A stretch of DNA of 25,494 nt from a virus (lineage: Duplodnaviria > Caudoviricetes), in the IMG/VR virus record IMGVR_UViG_3300022307_000012, positions 1 to 25,494 of that record. One strand, given 5' to 3'. Positions 6,103 to 14,541 of this stretch are shown here, in pieces. Positions within the stretch are counted from its first letter, which is position 1. Every line of letters begins with the position of its first letter. The position numbers and the translations under genes were made by a program. Below the pieces are notes generated by a model. That model saw nothing but the letters and a program-made list of their open reading frames with translations, made no database searches and was not told the origin of the DNA.

Positions 6103-6115
6103 CAGTGTGTTATAC
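6097..6115 (-). other. minimal palindromic recombination core (attI-like simple site)
   Basis: ATATAAC-AGTGT-GTTATAC closes array 2. Confidence 0.55.
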
Positions 6116-6140
6116 GTCTTATGCAAGGTGTAGGATTAAA

Positions 6141-6153
6141 AATCAATGACTTA
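6141..6153 (+). promoter_or_regulatory. IHF consensus site
   Basis: AATCAATGACTTA matches WATCAANNNNTTR exactly. Confidence 0.45.
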
Positions 6154-6242
6154 CAAAGATAATAGGAAGGCTAGAGAGCTATGGTCAAAACAGGCTGTAG
6201 TGAAGAAAGTCGCTCTTACCCAAGATTTAGGAGAATGGAATA

Positions 6243-6572
6243 ATGAGCATTAACGAAGAACAGATAGATAAAGGCAAAAAGCTAACAAGTAGAGTGCCAT
6301 ACCGGGAAGCCTTCCAGCGTGGAGCTAGTTCTAGGGATGATGAGATTGAATTGTTACAGCTAGAGAACAAAGCGCTAAAGAATCGGGTTGAGAGGCTTGA
6401 GAGGGCGATGGACATAGATATTGTTGAGTATGTTAGCAATGAGCTTGACTCTGTTGAAACTGACAATATAAGAGCTTGCTCATTTCTTGCAGGCGCAGTT
6501 AAACAGGCGCGAGCTATTAAGAGTAAGCTCCTATCCCAACACAATACAGATAAGGAGAATGGACATGGGTGA
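6243..6572 (+). CDS. hypothetical coiled-coil protein
   Basis: AGGAG RBS; heptad-like central segment. Confidence 0.7.
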   Translation: MSINEEQIDKGKKLTSRVPYREAFQRGASSRDDEIELLQLENKALKNRVERLERAMDIDIVEYVSNELDSVETDNIRACSFLAGAVKQARAIKSKLLSQHNTDKENGHG

Positions 6573-6756
6573 TTGGATTAGTGTTGGGGATAGGTTGCCC
6601 GATAATGAGGTTCTATTAACGAACGGAATAACTCATCTGATTGGGTACGTTAATGATGAGCTGATGGGCGAAAGTGAATACGAGGTACTTCCAGGAGTAA
6701 CCCACTGGATGCCTCTACCAGAACCACCCAACACAGACAGCAAAGGAGAGAAGTGA
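6565..6756 (+). CDS. DUF551-domain protein
   Basis: WISVGDRLPD...VTHWMPLPEPP signature; AAGGAG RBS. Confidence 0.85.
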   Translation: MGDWISVGDRLPDNEVLLTNGITHLIGYVNDELMGESEYEVLPGVTHWMPLPEPPNTDSKGEK

Positions 6757-6965
6757 TAATGAGTAAAGGAAGTAACAGGCGACCATCACAAGTCCCTCAT
6801 ATTCATGAGGCTACTAATTGGGCTATGGCATTCGGTGAAAAATGGCAAGCGAAAGACATGGAAGGAAATGAGCTGGCAGTAGGAAAGACTTACGAAGAGG
6901 CGAGAGATAAGGCGCTAGCTACTACACCGGATGATCTTACATTTTCCATCATAAGAGTAAGATGA
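6753..6965 (+). CDS. phage hypothetical protein
   Basis: AGGAG RBS, GTGA coupling, MSKGSNRRP N-terminal motif. Confidence 0.7.
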   Translation: MIMSKGSNRRPSQVPHIHEATNWAMAFGEKWQAKDMEGNELAVGKTYEEARDKALATTPDDLTFSIIRVR

Positions 6966-6976
6966 TATAATTAACT

Positions 6977-7159
6977 ATGGAAAGTGAACATACAGATCGT
7001 GATTCCGAATTAGTTAGCGATGTTTCGGCGATGCTTGAGGGAAAACCAATAGGAGAATCCCTTAATGCGATGATCGCCATTATTATTGGAATTATTGAGG
7101 CAAGCCCAAAGAAAGAGGGTGCGATTATACGCACTGCTGTTATTAAGGCGCTACGGTAG
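6977..7159 (+). CDS. hypothetical protein (60 aa)
   Basis: Fills the gap between adjacent + strand genes. Confidence 0.55.
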   Translation: MESEHTDRDSELVSDVSAMLEGKPIGESLNAMIAIIIGIIEASPKKEGAIIRTAVIKALR

Positions 7160-7166
7160 AATTGTT

Positions 7167-7529
7167 ATGGCTAGAGGACGACCTACAGACTATACTCAAG
7201 ATATTGCCAATAAGGCATGGGAATATGTTGATAATTACGAGAATCATGGTCATGCGATCCCTAGCGTAGTTGGTCTATGTAAAGTATTAAAGCGTGGAAA
7301 ATCAACCATTTACGATTGGGCTCAAGACGAAGAAAAAGAATTCTCGGATATATTAGCCGCTATTAATGAAAATCAAGAGCTTGTAACATTCAATAAGTCT
7401 CTTACTGGGGACTATAATCCAACTATAGCAAAGCTCCTACTAGGCAAGCATGGATATCATGATAAGCAGGATGTTAATGCTTCGGTAAGGGAAGTGTCTC
7501 ACGAAGAATGGCTTGACTCGCTTGAGTGA
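7167..7529 (+). CDS. terminase small subunit (P22 gp3-like DNA-packaging protein)
   Basis: MARGRPTDY, PS..GLC..L...KSTIYDW (HTH-like), G.YNPTIAKLLL..HGY.DKQ; directly upstream of TerL. Confidence 0.85.
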   Translation: MARGRPTDYTQDIANKAWEYVDNYENHGHAIPSVVGLCKVLKRGKSTIYDWAQDEEKEFSDILAAINENQELVTFNKSLTGDYNPTIAKLLLGKHGYHDKQDVNASVREVSHEEWLDSLE

Positions 7530-9054
7530 AGAAAACAAATCAAAACACCAAAGGCTAAAGGATGATTTTTTATTCTACGCCAGAAACTGCCTAAAGATCC
7601 GAACAAAGAGCGAAGGAACTAAACCATTTATTCTCAACAAGGCTCAAGAATACATCCATGACCGCCTTGAGAGGCAAAGAGAAGAAACCGGCAAGGTTCG
7701 AGCGATAATACTCAAGGGGAGGCAACAGGGAGCGTCAACATACATTGGCGGTCGCTTTATGTGGCGCGTTACCCATTCAAAAGGCGTTAGGGCGTTTATC
7801 CTCACACACGAAGATGATGCAACTCAAAACCTATTTGATATGTCTAAGCGGTATTATGAGCATCTTCCTGAGTTCGTAGCACCTGAAAGAAGCTCAAGCA
7901 ATGCAAAAGAGCTTATATTTAATAGGTTAGATTCAGGGTATAAGGTAGGAACAGCAGGAAATAAGTCAGTAGGAAGATCGCAGACTAATCAATTATTTCA
8001 CGGGTCAGAGGTAGCCTTTTGGCCTAACGCAGCAGAACATGCAAAAGGGATCTTGCAGACTGTTCCTGATGCTCCAGATACAGAAGTTATCTATGAATCA
8101 ACAGCTAATGGGGTTGGGAACTTTTACCACATACAGTGGAAGCAAGCAGAGGCCGGGCTAAGTGACTTTATAGCAATATTTGTCCCTTGGTTTTGGCAAG
8201 AGGAGTACGCTAAGAGTGTTCCTGCTGGATTTTTCCCTGATGATGAGGAGACGGATCTTATATCTCAGTATGGGCTTACTGTAGAGCAGATATATTGGAG
8301 AAGGTTAAAAATAGTTGAGCTATCATCTGACGGAACCGACGGAACCGTATCGTTTATGCAAGAGTACCCAATGAATGCAGCAGAGGCATTCCAAACTACC
8401 GGCGCTGATGGGCTAATAAAGGCTGCTCCTATTGTAAAAGCAAGGAATACTAAAGTTAATGGGTCTGGGGCGCTAATAGTTGGGGTAGACCCCTCAAGAG
8501 GAGGGGATAGGTTTTCTACCATCAAAAGGCACGGGAGAAAGGCTTACGGCCTAAAGAGTTGGAAGGGCGATGCTGTAGACTCGCTCGGAAAGGCTGTATC
8601 AAAATGCAAGGAGATACTCGACGAGGTAGATGAAGAGGCTGGGAAAGTCCCAGATATGATGTTCATTGATGCCGGGGGCGGCGCTGATATTGTTGATCGC
8701 CTGCATGAGCTTGGATACTCTGATAGGGTGAAGGCTATATATTTCGGTGCCTCGCCATTAAACAGCAAGAAGTATATTAATAAGCGCGGCGAGATGTGGG
8801 GGACATACAACTTATGGCTTAACGATGAGAATATGGAGGTTGAGCTTCCAGATAGTGATAGCCTTCAAGCTGATTCGTGCGCATCTCCATATAGTCGAGA
8901 TAGTCATGATAGAATAGTACTATGGAAGAAAGAGCGGATAAAAAAAGAGTATGGCTTTTCTCCAGATGAAGGCGATGCTATAGCCCTTACTTTTGCAGAG
9001 CCAGTTAATTTAGATAAAGCCGTCGAGCTTGAGTTTGATTCACTATGGAATTAG
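7513..9054 (+). CDS. terminase large subunit
   Basis: Walker A-like ILKGRQQGAST, FHGSEVAFW, YESTANG coupling motif, nuclease IVGVDPSRGGD and SPDEGDA. Start codon uncertain. Confidence 0.95.
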   Translation: MTRLSEENKSKHQRLKDDFLFYARNCLKIRTKSEGTKPFILNKAQEYIHDRLERQREETGKVRAIILKGRQQGASTYIGGRFMWRVTHSKGVRAFILTHEDDATQNLFDMSKRYYEHLPEFVAPERSSSNAKELIFNRLDSGYKVGTAGNKSVGRSQTNQLFHGSEVAFWPNAAEHAKGILQTVPDAPDTEVIYESTANGVGNFYHIQWKQAEAGLSDFIAIFVPWFWQEEYAKSVPAGFFPDDEETDLISQYGLTVEQIYWRRLKIVELSSDGTDGTVSFMQEYPMNAAEAFQTTGADGLIKAAPIVKARNTKVNGSGALIVGVDPSRGGDRFSTIKRHGRKAYGLKSWKGDAVDSLGKAVSKCKEILDEVDEEAGKVPDMMFIDAGGGADIVDRLHELGYSDRVKAIYFGASPLNSKKYINKRGEMWGTYNLWLNDENMEVELPDSDSLQADSCASPYSRDSHDRIVLWKKERIKKEYGFSPDEGDAIALTFAEPVNLDKAVELEFDSLWN

Positions 9055-9058
9055 TACA

Positions 9059-11173
9059 ATGCCAGATTATAACAGTCATGAAACAGTATTAAAGCTACTC
9101 TCTACAGACCAAGAGCCGGAAGTAGATAACCGCGCAAAAGTCCGTGAGGTTACACACTTCACAGAGAAGGAGGACGGACAATGGGAGCCTGACGTAGTCA
9201 GCAATATGTCTGGACGACCTAGATACACGTTCGATAAGTGTAATCCTGTCATCGACTCCATAGCCGGGGAAATTGAACAGGCTGATTTTGGCATCAAGGT
9301 TCGTCCAGCCGGAGGAGAGTCGACAAAAGACCTTGCCAAACTATATAGCGGAATAATTAGAAATATTCAATCAATGTCAGATGCCGTCAATACGGTATTT
9401 AATCCAGCAGCTCGTCAGATGACGACGGCCGGATTTGATGCGTGGCGTGTTACTCAGGAATGGGGTGATAGCGACTCATTCGATCAAGATCTGTTTATTC
9501 GCAAGATATCAAACCCTGCTGACAGAGTGTGGTTCGACTCAGGGGCAGAGCTTCAAAACATGAGCGACGCTAGGCATGCGTTCGTTCTTCATGCTGTAGT
9601 TAAAGATGAGTATATGGAAAGATGGCCTGATGGTAAATGTTCATCTGTTGGCGACGCTAGGGACGAGACAGTTTATTACTATAAGCCAGACTTCGTTATT
9701 ATCGGAGAAATCTTATATAAGAAAGAGACTACAAAAGAGCTTGTATTGATGAGCAATAACGCGGTCTATGAGGACGATGAGAAGTTCCAATCCGTCGTGG
9801 ATGACCTTCTTGCTAACGGCATTAAAGAGGTTAGACGCAGAAAGAGCAAATCACACATTGTATTTAGCCGTAAGTTTGATAACGATGGATGGCTTGAAAA
9901 TGAAGTAGAGACGGTATTCGATTACATTCCTGTCATCCCTGTTTATGCCAACTTTAAGGTGTCAGAGAATAAAGTGATTTACCGTGGAGCGATCAATACC
10001 ATGATGGACTCTCAGCGCGTATACAATTATGCTCAGAGCCGAGCCATTGAGGAGGGGGCCTTATCGCCTAGAGGCAAGTATTGGATGACTAGAGAGCAGG
10101 CTAAATTAGATAAAGCCACGCTTGATACGATGAACACCAACGCCAATCCAGTGCAAACATATACCCATGTAGAAGGACATCCTCCACCATTCTGGCAGGG
10201 AGGCGCACAGATTAACGCTGGATTACAGCAAACAGCCGCCGATATGTCGGGCAATATCATTGAATCGTCTGGGGTATTTGCTGCTAACCAAGGCAACGCG
10301 CCTCAACAGTCAGGTGTTGCTATAGAGTTGCAGCAGAACAAGGGTGACAACTCAACGATTAAGTATTTCAAATCACAAGAGATCGCCATTACTCATACAG
10401 CAAGGATTATTGTCAACGCAATCCCTAAAGCATACGATACAAAGCGCATTGTTAGGATTATTGGCGAAGATGGAAGCTCTAAAGAAGAGACTATCAACGA
10501 CGAGATCTACGACCAAGAGCAGGGTAAGATGGTCGCATTAAATGATATCAGGAAGGGCAAATATGACGTTACTTGCGATGTTGGCCCAGCCTTTAAATCA
10601 CGACAACAGGAAACAGCTAGGGCGTTCCTTGATGCGGCTACTATTGATCCGTCGTTACTAGAGTTTGGGAAGGACATCTGGCTAAGCAATCAAACGGCTC
10701 CCGGATTCGATGCTATGGCAGAGAGAGCCAGAAAGAAGCTTCTGGAGAATGGAGAAATACCAGACGATCAGATGACCGACGAAGAGAAGGAGCGGGCTCA
10801 AGCATTAATAGAGCAGGCTCAAGCAGAGCAGGAAGCAGCGGCAAACCAAGAGCCGTCCGTTATGGATCAGGCTATTGTAGAGCAAACGCAGGCTAATACA
10901 GCCGATGTTGTGAGTCGAGCCAATGAGCGCAATACAAAGGCCGCTCTATCTCAAGAGAAACAAGACTTTGAGGAACTGAAATACGCGCGAGAGCTAGACC
11001 TTAAAGAGCGTAAGATGATTATTGATATGCTTAATACACAAGCCCAAACCCTAAAAACAATCAAGGATAGTATGGGGGTTGATACGATTGTTGGTGAAGG
11101 GAATGTAGATACCTACGCAGAACAAGTCGATGCGGTTGGCGACACCCAAGAAATGATTCCAGATGAGGACTAA
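9059..11173 (+). CDS. portal protein (P22 gp1-like)
   Basis: About 700 aa after TerL; GQW, RPR.TFD, IPVIPVY, DSQRVYNY, SGVAI, GKYDV..DVGPAFKSRQQE; coiled-coil C-terminus. Confidence 0.93.
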   Translation: MPDYNSHETVLKLLSTDQEPEVDNRAKVREVTHFTEKEDGQWEPDVVSNMSGRPRYTFDKCNPVIDSIAGEIEQADFGIKVRPAGGESTKDLAKLYSGIIRNIQSMSDAVNTVFNPAARQMTTAGFDAWRVTQEWGDSDSFDQDLFIRKISNPADRVWFDSGAELQNMSDARHAFVLHAVVKDEYMERWPDGKCSSVGDARDETVYYYKPDFVIIGEILYKKETTKELVLMSNNAVYEDDEKFQSVVDDLLANGIKEVRRRKSKSHIVFSRKFDNDGWLENEVETVFDYIPVIPVYANFKVSENKVIYRGAINTMMDSQRVYNYAQSRAIEEGALSPRGKYWMTREQAKLDKATLDTMNTNANPVQTYTHVEGHPPPFWQGGAQINAGLQQTAADMSGNIIESSGVFAANQGNAPQQSGVAIELQQNKGDNSTIKYFKSQEIAITHTARIIVNAIPKAYDTKRIVRIIGEDGSSKEETINDEIYDQEQGKMVALNDIRKGKYDVTCDVGPAFKSRQQETARAFLDAATIDPSLLEFGKDIWLSNQTAPGFDAMAERARKKLLENGEIPDDQMTDEEKERAQALIEQAQAEQEAAANQEPSVMDQAIVEQTQANTADVVSRANERNTKAALSQEKQDFEELKYARELDLKERKMIIDMLNTQAQTLKTIKDSMGVDTIVGEGNVDTYAEQVDAVGDTQEMIPDED

Positions 11174-11340
11174 TCCTCCTCTAGTTTGTATTTAAGTCCA
11201 CGACACATGCTAATAAGCTGGTTCCTTAACCGCTTGTTATTGCACCGCCTGTTGTATGTGTCGTATGGAATCCCCCAATAATTACAGGCTTCTTTAACTA
11301 GCCATCCCCTAGAATGTATTGTTCTTGTGAATTCGTTCAT
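11170..11340 (-). CDS. small HTH/Cro-like protein (56 aa)
   Basis: Read by hand: MNEFTRTIHSRGWLVKEACNYWGIPYDTYNRRCNNKRLRNQLISMCRGLKYKLEED. Confidence 0.6.
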   Translation of the reverse strand: MNEFTRTIHSRGWLVKEACNYWGIPYDTYNRRCNNKRLRNQLISMCRGLKYKLEED

Positions 11341-11348
11341 TATTTAGT

Positions 11349-11516
11349 TTAAGGATTTATGTTGTATGACGCGAATTCCTTGTCGTCACCGCTTGATGAT
11401 ATAGATATGTCAACTCTTTTTATTTTACTAGACGACTTCATTATAGCAATCACCAATTCGTTCATTAGTTGTTTTACTTCTTTTTCGTCAAGAACTTTAG
11501 ATATGTCTATGTCCAT
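11349..11516 (-). CDS. hypothetical protein (55 aa)
   Basis: Read by hand: MDIDISKVLDEKEVKQLMNELVIAIMKSSSKIKRVDISISSSGDDKEFASYNINP; in tandem with 11170..11340. Confidence 0.55.
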   Translation of the reverse strand: MDIDISKVLDEKEVKQLMNELVIAIMKSSSKIKRVDISISSSGDDKEFASYNINP

Positions 11517-11728
11517 CAATATTTCTCAGTCACTTTAATTATACCCATAATCGCCACCCCAATGATTTAAGTCTTTGGTAAAGAAGAATAGCCTCATATC
11601 TCCGACAAAACCTCGTTATTAGCACGATAAAACCTCTATCTATCAACAGTCTACCACAAATTTTATAATATAACCTACACAGTACGCGACTTTATCGCGG
11701 ATTATTACTCGAAAGAGGCAGAAATATT

Positions 11729-12547
11729 ATGAGCGAGCTACAGACTGAGTCGGTTGATGATGGAATTACCCTTGATAATGATCATGTCGAGGATATTGAA
11801 AATCAACAGCAAGACGAAGGAACCGTTGAAAGCGGATCGGATTTAGCCACCGAAGCTGAGGAAAAACAGGATAAAGCACAAGATGGTGTGCAGAAGGCGA
11901 TTAATAAGCAGCATGCTAAATTCAAAGAGGAGGAGCGTAAACGCATCGCCTCAGAGGATGAGGCTAGAGAGCTTAGAGAAAAGCTAGAAGCTATTGAGGC
12001 AGAGAATGGTGATGTAACTATTCCGCCTATGCCGGATGCCTATGATGAAGATTTTGATCAGAAGGTAGCGGCAAGAGAAAACGCCATCAGGCAGCAAGCG
12101 GTACGTGATGCGCAACAAAGTGTTATAGCAGAACAGAAGGTTGCTGCCAAGAAAGACGAGGAAAGAGCAGAGCAAGATCGGATTAACTCGCTTGTAAGTG
12201 GGTATGAAAAGAGAACGGCTTTACTCGGACTTGATGCAAATGAAATATCGAAAGCTGGTGATGTTGTGGTTAGTTACGGTATAGCGGGAGAGTTGGCAGA
12301 ATTCATCCTTAATGATGACGATGGCCCACTTATCACAAAATACTTAGCAGGTAATCCACTTGAATTGGATGATTTGCGAAATATGCCGATCACACAAGCC
12401 ACTATTAAGATTAATTCAACCATCAGGGAATCCGCGTCAGCAATGAAACCGCAAGCATCGACAGCCCCAGATCCAGTGGAAACACTACAAGGTCGTGGAG
12501 CAAGCGAGAAGGTAGACCCCTTTATTGCCGGTGCTACATTTACATAA
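11729..12547 (+). CDS. scaffolding protein
   Basis: Acidic, coiled-coil 272 aa between portal and coat; GP.I.KYLA.NP and APDPV motifs. Confidence 0.85.
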   Translation: MSELQTESVDDGITLDNDHVEDIENQQQDEGTVESGSDLATEAEEKQDKAQDGVQKAINKQHAKFKEEERKRIASEDEARELREKLEAIEAENGDVTIPPMPDAYDEDFDQKVAARENAIRQQAVRDAQQSVIAEQKVAAKKDEERAEQDRINSLVSGYEKRTALLGLDANEISKAGDVVVSYGIAGELAEFILNDDDGPLITKYLAGNPLELDDLRNMPITQATIKINSTIRESASAMKPQASTAPDPVETLQGRGASEKVDPFIAGATFT

Positions 12548-12565
12548 TATTTTTGGAGTAGTAAA

Positions 12566-13840
12566 ATGGCTAATAATTTTGACTCAAACTTTACGCGACA
12601 GCTCGCTAAGGTTTTCGTAAAGAAATTCGAGACTAATCGAGTTCTTTCTAAAAACGTCAACACTCAATTGCTTAAAGGGCGATTCAGTGAGGATTCAGGG
12701 GAGAACGTTGATTTTAAACGCCCAACTGACTATATCTCGCAGCGAACAGCGGGCGGTGATATTTCAGGAACTACCGCAAGCTCTATCATCACAGGTAAAG
12801 CTACAGGTACAGTCCAGAACTATTTTACCGTAGAGGTAGATTATTCTGAGGCAGATGAAGCGCTTAAGATGGGTCAAATTGACCAGTTGCTGGCTCCTAT
12901 GGCGACACGTATTGTGACTGACTTGGAGCTAGATTTCGCATCATTCATGATGAAGAATACCGCACTCCTTAATGGCACATACGGAACTGCTGTAACTACA
13001 TGGGATCATGTGGCTGGTGCTGGTGCTGTAATGGAATCTAGCGGCGTACCGATGGATGATGATTGGATTTATGCTGTAAATCCTTACACTAAGACATCAC
13101 TAGCAAGCAATCAGCGTTCATTGGGAGCTGGTGGTTCAGCCGGTGAGTTGATTTCTAAAGCCCATCAACGAGCCATTCTGTCTGATAACTTTGCTGGTAT
13201 GAAGGTTATGAGTGCAACATCTCTGGCATCGTACACCTCAGCAACTACTGGTGACTTGGTGGGATCGCTGTCAGCGACCCCTACAGGCACGTATGTTGGC
13301 GCTAAGGATACAATGACGCAGAGCCTTGCCGTAACTGGTTTCGGAACTTTCACTGGAACTATTCCAGCCGGAACAAACATTCAGGTAACAGGCCGTAACC
13401 GCTTAAACCTTTCGACTCGTAACCCCATCATTAATGCGGCTGGAGCTAACATCCTATGGACTGCTACAGTGACGGCTGACGCATCGCTGACTACTGGTGC
13501 GGGTACGTTGGTTGTTACTGGTCCGGGAATCTTCGAGGCTGCTGGTCAATACAATACTGTTGACTCTGCTTTAACCTCTGGTGATGTTGTGACCATTCTT
13601 GGTGCAGATACTACCCTGTATCAGCCTAACCTATTCTGGCATAAGCAAGCGTTCTCAATTGGATCAGTCCCTATCAAGAAGCTGAATTCGACTGACACCC
13701 TTGCTACCACAGAGGATGGGTTACAGATGCGCGTATCTAAAGGTGTGAGCTTCCGGGAGAACAAGCAGATTGTTCGCTTTGACTTCCGTCCTGCTTACGC
13801 GGTACTTAATCCATTCTTCGCCGGTCAAGGTTGGGGATAA
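12566..13840 (+). CDS. major capsid protein (P22 coat family)
   Basis: MANN start, 424 aa, PNLFWHKQAF and VRFD...Y.VLNP C-terminal motifs, followed by a terminator. Confidence 0.93.
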   Translation: MANNFDSNFTRQLAKVFVKKFETNRVLSKNVNTQLLKGRFSEDSGENVDFKRPTDYISQRTAGGDISGTTASSIITGKATGTVQNYFTVEVDYSEADEALKMGQIDQLLAPMATRIVTDLELDFASFMMKNTALLNGTYGTAVTTWDHVAGAGAVMESSGVPMDDDWIYAVNPYTKTSLASNQRSLGAGGSAGELISKAHQRAILSDNFAGMKVMSATSLASYTSATTGDLVGSLSATPTGTYVGAKDTMTQSLAVTGFGTFTGTIPAGTNIQVTGRNRLNLSTRNPIINAAGANILWTATVTADASLTTGAGTLVVTGPGIFEAAGQYNTVDSALTSGDVVTILGADTTLYQPNLFWHKQAFSIGSVPIKKLNSTDTLATTEDGLQMRVSKGVSFRENKQIVRFDFRPAYAVLNPFFAGQGWG

Positions 13841-13847
13841 TAACCGT

Positions 13848-13872
13848 AGCCCTCCTTGTGGGGGCTTCTTTT
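13848..13872 (+). terminator. Rho-independent terminator after the coat gene
   Basis: AGCCCTCC-ttgt-GGGGGCT followed by TCTTTT. Confidence 0.8.
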
Positions 13873-13915
13873 AATGGCTTTATTGTAGAGTCATTAAAAG
13901 AAAAGGAGCGGAATT

Positions 13916-14056
13916 ATGAGTATTTGGGTAAAGCCTAACGGCAATGAGATCGAGATTAATGATGAGGATGCTACTATTAAGTATGCAGAATCACTGAGCT
14001 GGACTAAAAAAGGCGAGCCAAAGAAGCGCGGACGCAAACCTAAAGATAGCGCATAG
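13916..14056 (+). CDS. small protein with KKRGRKPK motif (46 aa) between coat and gp4
   Basis: AAGGAG RBS, ATG 13916; same position as the small post-coat ORF of P22-like phages. Confidence 0.7.
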   Translation: MSIWVKPNGNEIEINDEDATIKYAESLSWTKKGEPKKRGRKPKDSA

Positions 14057-14058
14057 CC

Positions 14059-14541
14059 ATGCCAGAACAAGCAGGCGACATAATCAAGGATGCTCTAACT
14101 GAGATAACCGCTCTAGGTGCGGAAGCTTCGCTTGAAGCCTCTGACGCACAAACAGCAATGAGGTATCTTAATAGGCTAATGGCTTCTCTTGATGCCAAAG
14201 GAATTCCTTTAGGCTATACGGAAGTATCAAGCACCGCTGATTTAATCACAGTCCCAGCCGGGGCGATAGAGGGGATGGTATTTCTTCTTGCCGTAAGGCT
14301 ATGGACACAATATTCAGATGGGGCGCCGCCACCTCCAGCTCTAGTCGCTAACGCTGTTAGCGGGCTTAATGCTATGGTTGCGCTGGCTGTAACTATTGGA
14401 TCTACTGAGTTTCCCGGAACACTGCCGGTCGGGTCTGGAAATGCAGGCGGATCTATTCGGGGCGGTCGATTCTATACAGACCTTGAAAGTACCATTCTTG
14501 CAGAATCAACTGGATCGATTGGTCTTGAGGAATTAACATGA
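14059..14541 (+). CDS. head-to-tail adaptor / DNA stabilization protein (P22 gp4-like)
   Basis: 160 aa; AGDII..AL, L.RLMA.....GI.LGY, LAVRL, LPVGSGN motifs. Confidence 0.88.
   Translation: MPEQAGDIIKDALTEITALGAEASLEASDAQTAMRYLNRLMASLDAKGIPLGYTEVSSTADLITVPAGAIEGMVFLLAVRLWTQYSDGAPPPPALVANAVSGLNAMVALAVTIGSTEFPGTLPVGSGNAGGSIRGGRFYTDLESTILAESTGSIGLEELT

Larger units (their letters stand above)
4898..6115. mobile_element. integron-like gene cassette array 2 (four cassettes plus terminal simple site)
   Basis: Four attC-like hairpins, each followed by one ORF ending at TAAC. Cassette ends are mutually complementary over 9-10 bp. Confidence 0.85.

Noticed and set aside
6097-6120. Rebuilt empty site as a dif/XerCD site
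   Set aside because: GCATAA resembles the inner XerC arm, but the spacer length and right arm do not match TTATGTTAAAT.
6146-6253. 35-codon ORF after array 2
   Set aside because: Weak RBS spacing, overlap with the IHF box and no recognisable motif; it cannot be supported from sequence alone.
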